From: a virus
Lineage: Duplodnaviria > Caudoviricetes
Reading direction: 5' to 3' (one strand)
IMG/VR virus record: IMGVR_UViG_3300020181_000030
Coordinates: 1 to 25,395 of that record
DNA length: 25,395 nt
The notes under the pieces were generated by a model. It saw nothing but the letters and a program-made list of their open reading frames with translations, made no database searches and was not told the origin of the DNA. The position numbers and the translations under genes were made by a program. Positions 8,889 to 16,588 of the stretch are shown one piece after another (position 1 is the stretch's first letter; every line of letters starts with the position of its first letter).

Positions 8889-9707
8889 GTGGGCGTCTCT
8901 CAACTTCCCGCCGTCGACCTCCCGCCCGGGATGCTGGCTCCCTACGCCGGCGGCGCGGCGCCGCCCGGGTGGCTCCTATGCGACGGCGCCCTCGTGAGCC
9001 GGGCCGCCTATCCCGGGTTGTTCGCGGCGATCGGCACGACCTACGGCGCCGGCGACGGGTCGACGACGTTCGGCCTCCCCGACCTCCGAGGCCGGGTGAT
9101 CGTCGGGACGGGCGCCGGCGACGGCCTCACCGACCGGTCCCGAGGCGCTACCGGCGGCGCCGAAACGGTCGCCCTCTCGCTCGCTCAGGCGCCGTCGCAC
9201 TCGCACACGGTGAATAGCCATAGCCACGGCGGCGCAACCGGCGGGCACTCGGCCGATCACTCGCACTCGGGCACGACCGGCGACCACGACCGGACGCACT
9301 ACCACGGCCTCGAAGGGCACCACCACGCTATTAATCACTGGCATTTCGGCAACGTCGGAAACATGCATTGGAACGCGACGCAAACGCACGGTCACCACGG
9401 CCGAGGCGGGATCGCCGCCGAGGGGCCGTGGGAGGGCGCTAACTGGGCCGGCGCCGTCGCTGTCAACGTGCAAGGTGACGCCGAGGCGGCGCCGGGCGGC
9501 CGGAACATCTCGGGCGGCGCGGGATGGGGCGGAGGATGGCAGGGCGCCAACACCGGGCACCTGCACGGTTTCTCGACCGGCGGCGCGTCCGTCAATCACA
9601 CTCACGGCGTTACCGCCGAGGCGCCCGGAACGAACGCTCAGGGGGGCGGAGCGGCTCACGAGAACATGCCGCCGTTCCTCTCGACCCCGTACATCATCAA
9701 AACCTAG
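8889..9707 (+). CDS. Tail collar domain protein with His-rich (HxH) needle tip
   Basis: Collar motif PPGWLLCDG...SRAAYPGLFAAIGTTYGAGDGSTTFGLPDLRGR; many HxH motifs; ends HENMPPF...YIIKT. Confidence 0.88.
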   Translation: MGVSQLPAVDLPPGMLAPYAGGAAPPGWLLCDGALVSRAAYPGLFAAIGTTYGAGDGSTTFGLPDLRGRVIVGTGAGDGLTDRSRGATGGAETVALSLAQAPSHSHTVNSHSHGGATGGHSADHSHSGTTGDHDRTHYHGLEGHHHAINHWHFGNVGNMHWNATQTHGHHGRGGIAAEGPWEGANWAGAVAVNVQGDAEAAPGGRNISGGAGWGGGWQGANTGHLHGFSTGGASVNHTHGVTAEAPGTNAQGGGAAHENMPPFLSTPYIIKT

Positions 9708-9719
9708 GAGGCTCCCGGA

Positions 9720-9926
9720 ATGCCGATCGAACAGGTCTACGTGTGCCCGGTTTGTGGGGCGCGCACCGAACCGATTTTCACCGGCGGCCCGGCCGTGTCG
9801 GTGACGTGGATTAACGTCGGCGACCCTTACGCCGGGATCGAATATCTCGACCGGTGGGAGTGCGTCGGGAAATGGGCGGCGCAGAAGGTCAAAGCGGGCG
9901 CCGACGCCGAGCGGGTCGCCGGCTAG
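9720..9926 (+). CDS. Small Cys-containing protein (CPVC...WEC), possible fibre assembly chaperone
   Basis: AGGAGG RBS and ATG start; directly follows the collar-fibre gene. Function is inferred from position only. Confidence 0.65.
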   Translation: MPIEQVYVCPVCGARTEPIFTGGPAVSVTWINVGDPYAGIEYLDRWECVGKWAAQKVKAGADAERVAG

Positions 9927-10219
9927 TGGCTCGCATCCTGTCGCACCCGTTCCGGCTCCTCGGGAACGGATCCGTCGCGACGGTCGAGCAGGCAAGCGAC
10001 GACGCGAACGCCGAGCAACTCGCGACGCTCGTGCTCACCCGGCGAGGCGAGCGGGTGCTCGTGCCCGGGTTCGGCGTCGGTATCGACGCGTTCGCCGTGT
10101 TCGACCCGACCGATATCGCCGCCGGCGTGGCGCTGTTCGGGCCGCCCGTCACCCTTACCGACGTCGAGGTCCGTCCCCGCTCGGAGACGGTGCTCGACGT
10201 CCTCGTGCGCTTCGAGTAG
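9926..10219 (+). CDS. Baseplate wedge protein, gpW/gp25-like
   Basis: GTG at 9926 coupled to TAG; LSHPFRL...LTRRGERVLVPGFG motif; precedes the J-like gene. Confidence 0.82.
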   Translation: MARILSHPFRLLGNGSVATVEQASDDANAEQLATLVLTRRGERVLVPGFGVGIDAFAVFDPTDIAAGVALFGPPVTLTDVEVRPRSETVLDVLVRFE

Positions 10220-10229
10220 GAGTCGCCTT

Positions 10230-11345
10230 ATGCCGTCACCCGACCTCCGCCAATACTCCGACCTCATCCTCTACGACGCCGATCCGATCGACCTCGTGGA
10301 ACGGGCGCGGGCCGACGCGGCGGTGAAGCTCCCCGGGTGGGTTCCTCGGGAGGGCAATACCGAGCTAGTGCTGATCGAGGCGATCGCCCTCGAAGTCGCC
10401 GAGCTTGTGTTCGCGGTGAACCGGCTACCCGGCTCGATCGTCGAGGTGTTGCTCCGCCTCTACGGGATCACACGGTCGCTCGGGACGCCGCCGAGGGCCG
10501 ACCTCCTCGTGACGGTGAGCGACACGCTCGGGCACACGGTGCCGATCGGGACGCGGTTCCGTCTCGACGTGCCCGGCTCCGACCCGGTGACGTTCACGCT
10601 CGACGTCGGCCTCGTGATCGCCCCGGGTGCTAGCTCGGGCACGGTCGCCGCGACCGGGACGACGAACACGGAGGCGGCGAACGGGACGCCGGCGGCGACC
10701 CCGCTCGTGCTCCTCGACGCCGTGCCGTTCGTCGAGGGCGCCGCCCTCGCGACGGAGCCGAGCGGCGGGACCGGCCCGGAAACCGAATCGGAGTGGCGCG
10801 ACCGGGGCGTCGAGATGTTCGCCCGCCTCGTCTCTACGCTCGTGCTCCCGGAGCATTTCACGTCGGAGGTACTGACGAACCCCGACGTGTACCGGGCGAC
10901 CACGATCGACAATTGGAACGTCTCCGTCGCCGCGAACGGGCACGTAACCGTCGCCGTGCTCGGCGAGGGCGGCGTCGCCCTCACCGGCGGCCGGAAAACC
11001 GAGCTAGAGGCCGGCCTCGAAGCGAAGGCGCTCGCGAACCTCGACGTGCACGTGATCGACCCGGTAATCACCGACGTCAATGTGACGGTGACGGTTCGCC
11101 GGCTCCCCGGGTTCACGACCGCGGCGGTACAGGCGAACGTCGCCGCCGTGCTCGACGCCTACCTCGACCCGGACGCGTGGCCGTGGTCGGGCGTCGTGCG
11201 CCGCAATGAGCTAATCGCTCGGATCGACGGCGCCGCCGGCGTCGACTACGTAGAGACGCTCGCCGTGCCGGCGGCCGACCTCCCGCTCGTGGGCGTCGCG
11301 CCGCTCGCCGACCTCGGAACCGTGTCCGTGACGGTGACCGGCTAA
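10230..11345 (+). CDS. Baseplate J/gp47-like wedge protein
   Basis: W.PREGNTELVLIEA, VPIGTRF, GGTGPETESEWRDR and IDGAAGVDYV motifs; size 371 aa; gene order. Confidence 0.92.
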   Translation: MPSPDLRQYSDLILYDADPIDLVERARADAAVKLPGWVPREGNTELVLIEAIALEVAELVFAVNRLPGSIVEVLLRLYGITRSLGTPPRADLLVTVSDTLGHTVPIGTRFRLDVPGSDPVTFTLDVGLVIAPGASSGTVAATGTTNTEAANGTPAATPLVLLDAVPFVEGAALATEPSGGTGPETESEWRDRGVEMFARLVSTLVLPEHFTSEVLTNPDVYRATTIDNWNVSVAANGHVTVAVLGEGGVALTGGRKTELEAGLEAKALANLDVHVIDPVITDVNVTVTVRRLPGFTTAAVQANVAAVLDAYLDPDAWPWSGVVRRNELIARIDGAAGVDYVETLAVPAADLPLVGVAPLADLGTVSVTVTG

Positions 11346-12007
11346 TGCCTCCGCCTCGGCCGGCCGTGTCGGCGACCACGACCCGCATTTACGAGCGGCT
11401 CCCGGAGTTCTACCGGGTGGCCGACGAGGAGCAGGGCGCCGGCCCGAACGGCTATCCGCTGCTCCGCTATCTGTCGCTGATCGCCGACCAGCTAGGCGAC
11501 CTCGAAACGCTCGTCGATCGGGTCGCCTATTTCCCGCCCGACGAGGGGGGCGTGCCGGGCGACACGAGCGACCTTACCGACCCGGCGACGGCCGACCTCG
11601 GGTGGCTCGGGTGGCTCGGGCAACTTGTCGGCGTCGACGCCGGCACTCTCGACGTGTCGATCCGCCGGCAGGCGGTCGCGAACGCCTCGGCCGGGTGGCG
11701 GGCCGGTACCCGCGAAGCGATCGCTACCGCGGCGCGTTCCGTGCTCACCGGGACACGCTACGTCGCCGTCGAGTCGCACTACGGCGGCGATCCGTGGCGG
11801 ATCGAGGTCCGAACCCGCGTGTCGGAGACGCCGAACGCGTCGCTCGTCGTGCCGGCGATCGTCGCCGCCCGGGCGAAACCGGCCGGCGTCGAGCTAGTGC
11901 ACACTCAGTACGAGGCGACGTGGGCCGCGATCGAGACGGCTAATCCGACGTGGGCGCACCTCGAACCCGACACGTGGACAGGAATCGAAGAATCCGGGAT
12001 GCCCTAG
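11345..12007 (+). CDS. Baseplate/tail protein, P2 gpI-like
   Basis: IYERLPEFYR.AD...LLRYL...DPATADLGWLGWLGQLVGV...GT..AI...KPAGV; follows the J-like gene. Confidence 0.88.
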   Translation: MPPPRPAVSATTTRIYERLPEFYRVADEEQGAGPNGYPLLRYLSLIADQLGDLETLVDRVAYFPPDEGGVPGDTSDLTDPATADLGWLGWLGQLVGVDAGTLDVSIRRQAVANASAGWRAGTREAIATAARSVLTGTRYVAVESHYGGDPWRIEVRTRVSETPNASLVVPAIVAARAKPAGVELVHTQYEATWAAIETANPTWAHLEPDTWTGIEESGMP

Positions 12008-12019
12008 GAGGTCTAGCTC

Positions 12020-13348
12020 GTGGCCGTTACGACGTCTCCCCGTTTGCTCCTCACCCGCTGGTCGGCGGGAACGGACCCGTTCACCCGGGCGCAACTCGAC
12101 CAGGATTTCGCCGACCTCGACAACCTCGCCGCGATCGACATTCAGGGCACCCTCGCGGCCCGGCCGGCGCCGGGCGTGCGAGGCCGGTACTACTTCGCGA
12201 CGGACGACGGGCCGGGCCGCCTCTACCGGGACACCGGCACCGCGTGGACGCTGATTAACGTCGCCTCGGCCCTCGGAGGGGCGGCGCCTACCGCCTCCGC
12301 CGTCGGCGACGCCGGCGCCGAGGGCGCCTCGACGGCCGCCGCCCGGGCCGATCACCGACACGCCCGGGAAGGGTTCGGGAACGTCACCGCGGCGACGACC
12401 TACGGGATCGCGGCGGCGAACGGCGCGGCGGCGACCGTCGCCCGCTCCGACCACACTCACGGATCGCCGGCGCTCGCGAGTTCGGTTCCGGTCGGGATCG
12501 TCCCCGACGCCGTGGCCGCCGTGGGCGTCGCTACGACGCCGGCCCGGGCCGACCACGTGCACGCGATCGTCGCCGACACGCCGGGCACCTCGGCGGTCGC
12601 CGACACGGCGGCCGAGGGCGTCTCGACGGCGTTCGCCCGGGCGGATCACCGGCACGGCCGGGAGTCGCTCGTCGCCCTCCGCGATTCGCTGATCCCGGCC
12701 GGCACGGTCGCTCAGTACGCCGGCGCCGCCGCGCCCGCCGGGTGGCTGTTCTGCGACGGTGCGGCCGTCGCCCGGGCGACCTATCCGAACCTGTTCGCCG
12801 CGCTCGGCGGTACGGCGTCGCCGTGGGGCGTGCCGGGCGGCGCGGGCGGGTCGACGTTCAATGTGCCTGACCTTCGAGGCCGGGCGCCGGTCGGCGTCGG
12901 GACCGGGGCCGGCCTCACCGCCCGGGCGCTCGCCGCCGCCGGCGGAGCGGAAACGGTGACGCTCGGGATCGGACAGGTTCCGTCCCACGGGCACACGGCG
13001 AACGACCACACGCACGTGGTGACGGGCGACGGGAATCACCAGCACGGCGCGACGACGGATTGGGAGCCGGATCACCGGCACCCGGTGGGCGGGTCGACGG
13101 GACACGTGATCGGGTTCCGGACCGACGTCGCCGCGAACGGCCTCGTGTCGGGCGGCCTCGAACGGCTCACGTTCTCCGATATGCAAAACGCCGGCGGGCA
13201 CGACCACGGCCTCGCGACCGACTGGCGTTCGCACTCCCACGGAACCGGCGGCGCCTCGAACCGGGGCACCGACGCTCAGGGCGGAGGCGGCGCTCACGAG
13301 AACATGCCGCCGTTCGTCGCTATTGGGTTCATCATCAAAGCTCACTAG
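12020..13348 (+). CDS. Side tail fibre (four ARxDHxH repeats, collar domain, His-rich tip)
   Basis: AGGAGG RBS; follows the gpI-like gene; PAGWLFCDG...TFNVPDLRGR collar; ends HENMPPF...FIIKAH. Confidence 0.88.
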   Translation: MAVTTSPRLLLTRWSAGTDPFTRAQLDQDFADLDNLAAIDIQGTLAARPAPGVRGRYYFATDDGPGRLYRDTGTAWTLINVASALGGAAPTASAVGDAGAEGASTAAARADHRHAREGFGNVTAATTYGIAAANGAAATVARSDHTHGSPALASSVPVGIVPDAVAAVGVATTPARADHVHAIVADTPGTSAVADTAAEGVSTAFARADHRHGRESLVALRDSLIPAGTVAQYAGAAAPAGWLFCDGAAVARATYPNLFAALGGTASPWGVPGGAGGSTFNVPDLRGRAPVGVGTGAGLTARALAAAGGAETVTLGIGQVPSHGHTANDHTHVVTGDGNHQHGATTDWEPDHRHPVGGSTGHVIGFRTDVAANGLVSGGLERLTFSDMQNAGGHDHGLATDWRSHSHGTGGASNRGTDAQGGGGAHENMPPFVAIGFIIKAH

Positions 13349-13357
13349 GGAGGCGTC

Positions 13358-13516
13358 GTGCCCGGAATCGTCAAAGCTCTACTGATCCTCGTCGGCGTCG
13401 TGCTCCTCGTCGTGTTTCTGTCGATACTCGGCGTGCTCGACGCGCTGTTCGACGACGAGGACGAGGCGAACGACCTCATGCGCCGGCCGGCCGCCGAGGC
13501 CGTCGTCTCGGCGTGA
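13358..13516 (+). CDS. Small single-pass membrane protein (52 aa), not in the ORF track
   Basis: GGGAGG RBS and GTG start; MPGIVKALLILVGVVLLVVFLSILGVLDALFDDEDEANDLMRRPAAEAVVSA; GTGA overlap with the next gene. Confidence 0.72.
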   Translation: MPGIVKALLILVGVVLLVVFLSILGVLDALFDDEDEANDLMRRPAAEAVVSA

Positions 13517-14073
13517 GCACCGTCCTAGGGCTACTCGGAACGGCGGCGCAACCGGCCGTCGCCGTCACGACCCGGCTCGATCACCTAGAGGCCGCGGCGC
13601 GCCGGATGGCCGAGGCGATCGTCGCCGTCGAGAAATCCGTCGCCGACCTCGACAAGCGGGTAGCGGCGAACGCCGAGGCGATCGCCGCCCTCGACAAGCG
13701 AACCGCCGGCCTCGACCCGGCCCTCGGGAAAAAGGTCGTCGAGATGGATCAGCGAATCGGCCTCAACATGGCTCGGATCGAGGAGCTAATCGGCCGGGCG
13801 AACACGAACGCCGAGGCGATCGCCCGAGGTGTCGCCCGCGACCAATGGGTCGCCCGGGCGATCCTCACGTGTATTCACCCGCCGCACGGTGGGCCGCCGG
13901 AACCGCCGACGCCGGCGCCCGAGGCGGCCGCCGCCGCGGTTCCGCTCCCCGTCGACCAGGGAACCGCGCAACAAGCGGCCGAGCGGTCGCACGCCCTCCT
14001 CGGCCTCGCGATCGACACTCTCGGCGGCCGCCTCACCGACGAGGAGTTCGCCGCCGGCCCTCCGCCGGTCTAG
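13513..14073 (+). CDS. Coiled-coil hypothetical protein
   Basis: GTG at 13513 overlaps the upstream TGA; long heptad region with a repeated ANAEAIA, then a Pro-rich linker. Confidence 0.7.
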   Translation: MSTVLGLLGTAAQPAVAVTTRLDHLEAAARRMAEAIVAVEKSVADLDKRVAANAEAIAALDKRTAGLDPALGKKVVEMDQRIGLNMARIEELIGRANTNAEAIARGVARDQWVARAILTCIHPPHGGPPEPPTPAPEAAAAAVPLPVDQGTAQQAAERSHALLGLAIDTLGGRLTDEEFAAGPPPV

Positions 14074-14089
14074 TACCGTCGCGGCTATG
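14074..14089 (+). promoter_or_regulatory. Putative leaderless promoter TACCGT-cgcggct-ATG
   Basis: 15/16 identical to the element at 14365-14380; TAnnnT hexamer 7 nt before the start codon; no SD. Confidence 0.6.
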
Positions 14090-14332
14090 CCTACCGACCC
14101 GAACGTGCGCGAGGAGGCGCGGGGCCGCCTCTCCGACCTTTTCTCGTCGATCGGCCGGCAGGCCGAGGGCGACGCTCCCGACGGGATGCTCGCCGACCTC
14201 GGCGAGTTCCTCTCTATGCCGACCGACCTCGCGTTGCTGTTCCTCGAAATGTCGACGGAACTCGCCGAGCTTGTGCTCCGGACGCTCGAACAGGCCGGCT
14301 ACACGCTCGTTAAGGGAATGACGCCGCTCTAG
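14087..14332 (+). CDS. Hypothetical protein (81 aa, helical, acidic)
   Basis: ATG at 14087 after the leaderless motif; GC3-rich codons. Confidence 0.7.
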   Translation: MPTDPNVREEARGRLSDLFSSIGRQAEGDAPDGMLADLGEFLSMPTDLALLFLEMSTELAELVLRTLEQAGYTLVKGMTPL

Positions 14333-14364
14333 CGGGCATCCCTCCGGTATCCGCCGGCGAGGGC

Positions 14365-14380
14365 TACCCTCGCGGCTATG
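14365..14380 (+). promoter_or_regulatory. Putative leaderless promoter TACCCT-cgcggct-ATG for the endolysin
   Basis: Same motif as at 14074; no SD before ATG 14378. Confidence 0.6.
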
Positions 14381-15232
14381 GCTACCGAGCGCGCCGGGCT
14401 ATTGCGGCTCCTCGACGAGTCGGGTGTCGCCTATCGGGTGACGTCGACGACCGGCGGGAATCACGTCACCGGGTCGCGTCATTGGTGGCCGTGCACCCGA
14501 CCCGGGACGCCGGCCGGGTGCACGGTCCGCGGCCTCGCCCTCGACCTCGCCGGCCCGGTGAGTTACTACGTCGACCGCCGGCGGGCACGGCCGGCGCTCC
14601 GGGCAATCTTCGACGCCCTCGCCTCCGCCGGCGGCCAGCTATACGAACTCATCTACTCCGAGGCGCCGTACAACATCAAAGCGGGCCGCCGGGTCGCCCG
14701 CTACGCGATCGCCGCCCACTACGACCACGTACACGTATCGACGAACCCGGGTGTCGTCGTGCGGCCGCCGGCGCCGCCGGCGCTCCCGCCGCCGCACCCG
14801 CAGGAGGGGCACCCTATGGTCGCCGTCGCCAATCGTCCCGCGGTAAAGCTCCTCGTCGACCCGCTCGGCCGTGGCTATTGGGAGTGCTACGACGACGGCG
14901 GCGTCGCGACGTTTCCGTTCGACCCGGCGAACGCCGACCTCCCGTTCTTCGGGAGTATGGGCGGCGTTCGTCTGTCGCAACCGATCGTCGACGCCGCGGT
15001 GCGGCCTCAGGGCGACGGCTATTGGCTCGTGTCGGCCGACGGCGGCGTGTTCGCTTTCGGCGCCGCGCCGTACCTCGGCGGGCACGGACCCGAGGAGGAA
15101 AACGCTCCGTTTACGTCGATCACGGCGACGCCCTCCGGGAACGGCTATTTCCTGCTCGGCACCGACGGCGGCGTGTTCACCTACGGCGACGCGAAGTTCG
15201 CCGGCACGATGCTCTACGCTCCGACCGGGTGA
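14378..15232 (+). CDS. Endolysin: N-terminal Zn-peptidase-like (M15/LAS-type) domain plus C-terminal GYWLVxxDGGVFxFG cell-wall-binding repeats
   Basis: VTST...GSRH...GLALDLAG...ELIY...HYDHVHVS; Pro linker; three GY(W/F)...DGGVxxF/Y repeats; upstream of holin-like genes. Confidence 0.82.
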   Translation: MATERAGLLRLLDESGVAYRVTSTTGGNHVTGSRHWWPCTRPGTPAGCTVRGLALDLAGPVSYYVDRRRARPALRAIFDALASAGGQLYELIYSEAPYNIKAGRRVARYAIAAHYDHVHVSTNPGVVVRPPAPPALPPPHPQEGHPMVAVANRPAVKLLVDPLGRGYWECYDDGGVATFPFDPANADLPFFGSMGGVRLSQPIVDAAVRPQGDGYWLVSADGGVFAFGAAPYLGGHGPEEENAPFTSITATPSGNGYFLLGTDGGVFTYGDAKFAGTMLYAPTG

Positions 15233-15236
15233 ACGG

Positions 15237-15419
15237 GTGGCGTGGGCCGAAACCCGCGTCGTTATCCGTGACCTCGTGTTGCTCACCGTCGGCGGCGCCG
15301 GCGCCGTGCACGAGATTTTCCTCGCCGGCGGCCTCGTCGAGCGGCCGTTCGTTATCGGGCTGATCGCCGGATGCCTCGGAGTGCCGGTCGTGCTCGCCCG
15401 TCGGGAAGGCGCTACGTGA
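15237..15419 (+). CDS. Two-TM membrane protein, holin-like
   Basis: MAWAETRVVIRDLVLLTVGGAGAVHEIF...ERPFVIGLIAGCLGVPVVL; directly after the endolysin. Confidence 0.65.
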   Translation: MAWAETRVVIRDLVLLTVGGAGAVHEIFLAGGLVERPFVIGLIAGCLGVPVVLARREGAT

Positions 15420-15952
15420 TCCGTCTCCGCCGGGCGCTCCCCGAGGTCGCGGCCGTCGGGCTGATCGCCCTTCTGTTTTCGCTGCTCGCCGTGCTCGGGA
15501 ACGCCTACCTCGAAACCCGCGACGAGCTTCGCCGGATACGCCGCGACGTCGTGGCTACGGCGGCGAGCGCGCTCGAACGGGCGATTCGGGCGGAGGCGGC
15601 CGCGAAAGAGGCCGGCGTGCCCGACCCGGGGATCGTCGACCGGACCCTCGAAGCGATCCGGGCCGGCGGCCTCGACCCGGCGCTCGTCGAGGAGGCCGTG
15701 AGGGAGGCGGAGCGGCGAATCGAGGCGCCGCCCGGGCCGAGGGGGCCGAGGGGCGCTCCGGGGCCGGCCGGGCCGCCGGGAACGGCCGCCTCGACCACGA
15801 CCGCCCGGGCCTCGCCGACCAGCACGAGCACGACCACGAGGCCGCCGGCGACGACCACGAGCACGACCCGGGGCCGGCCGACGACGACGACCTCGACCCG
15901 GCCGTGCGTGCTCGAAGTCCTCGGCCTCGGCGTCGGATGCGCCGCACCGTGA
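15416..15952 (+). CDS. Membrane-anchored protein with coiled coil, collagen-like GXY repeat, Thr-rich stalk and terminal Cys pair
   Basis: GTGA overlap; N-terminal TM; PPGPRGPRGAPGPAGPPG; TTT repeats; CVLEVLGLGVGC. Confidence 0.78.
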   Translation: MIRLRRALPEVAAVGLIALLFSLLAVLGNAYLETRDELRRIRRDVVATAASALERAIRAEAAAKEAGVPDPGIVDRTLEAIRAGGLDPALVEEAVREAERRIEAPPGPRGPRGAPGPAGPPGTAASTTTARASPTSTSTTTRPPATTTSTTRGRPTTTTSTRPCVLEVLGLGVGCAAP

Positions 15953-15978
15953 GCGCGCGTGCCGGTACCGTGGCGGCC

Positions 15979-16233
15979 GTGGCCGACGACGTTTCGCTCG
16001 CCGAGATAGCGCGGCGCCTCGACCGGATCGAGTCGAGGCTCGACGCTCGGACGCTCACCGTCGACGTGTACGCCGCCGAGAAAATCGCTATGGGCGTCCG
16101 GTTTGACGCCGCCGAGCGGCGGATAGGCGAGGTCGAGGACGCGATCCGCTCGGCAACGCGGCTCGTGATCGGCGCTTTTATCGGGCTACTAGCCGAGGGG
16201 TTGCTCGTCGTGTTCGCCGTGATCGGCAAGTAA
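15979..16233 (+). CDS. Coiled-coil plus C-terminal TM protein (XhlA-like lysis accessory); alternative start GTG 15949
   Basis: LAEIARRLDRIESRLD...ERRIGEVED then a hydrophobic C-terminus; preceded by TACCGT-N7-GTG. Confidence 0.7.
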   Translation: MADDVSLAEIARRLDRIESRLDARTLTVDVYAAEKIAMGVRFDAAERRIGEVEDAIRSATRLVIGAFIGLLAEGLLVVFAVIGK

Positions 16234-16243
16234 GGGGGGCAAC

Positions 16244-16576
16244 GTGACGGACTCGAATTCGCTACCGCCGTGCGAAGGGGCCGCCGAACTACAAGCGGCC
16301 GCCCGGGAACTCGTCGCCGTCGTCCGCACCCTCGACGGCTCGATCCGGGACGCGACGAAAGCGCCGCCGCCGGCCCGAGGGCTAACGGCCGGCGACCGGG
16401 CGCTCCTCTGGTCGATCCTCGTCGCCGTGCTGTTCGGCCAATGGGCACATTGGACGATCGACGACTCGGCTACCGACACGCGCCAAATGGTCGCGTGCGT
16501 CATCCGCGAGACGGCTGTTACGCCGGCGGTGCCGGCCGACCCGGTTCGACTCGCCTCGTGCCTCGAACCTGATTAG
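16244..16576 (+). CDS. Membrane protein, hypothetical
   Basis: AAGGGGG RBS; central TM (ALLWSILVAVLFGQWAHW); Cys pair in the C-terminal part. Confidence 0.65.
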   Translation: MTDSNSLPPCEGAAELQAAARELVAVVRTLDGSIRDATKAPPPARGLTAGDRALLWSILVAVLFGQWAHWTIDDSATDTRQMVACVIRETAVTPAVPADPVRLASCLEPD

Positions 16577-16588
16577 GAGGTCGCCCTC

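Noticed and set aside
254-13345. Long minus-strand and alternate-frame ORFs (e.g. 254-1207, 2130-3305, 7331-8572, 8976-9995, 11894-13345)
   Set aside because: These are Arg/Pro/Gly-rich shadow frames expected in very GC-rich DNA, and they overlap well-supported plus-strand genes.
1-13348. Extracellular contractile injection system or tailocin rather than phage
   Set aside because: It has a long tape measure protein and is contiguous with a lysis cassette and a phage replication arm with initiator, loader and resolvase.
6370-13348. Diversity-generating retroelement or invertible tail-fibre cassette
   Set aside because: No reverse transcriptase or invertase is in the window, all fibre genes are co-oriented, and I saw no template/variable repeat pair differing only at adenines.
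15730-15900. Collagen and Thr repeats as a host or eukaryotic gene capture
   Set aside because: Short GXY runs and Thr-rich linkers are common in actinobacterial and phage membrane proteins, and codon usage matches the rest of the window.
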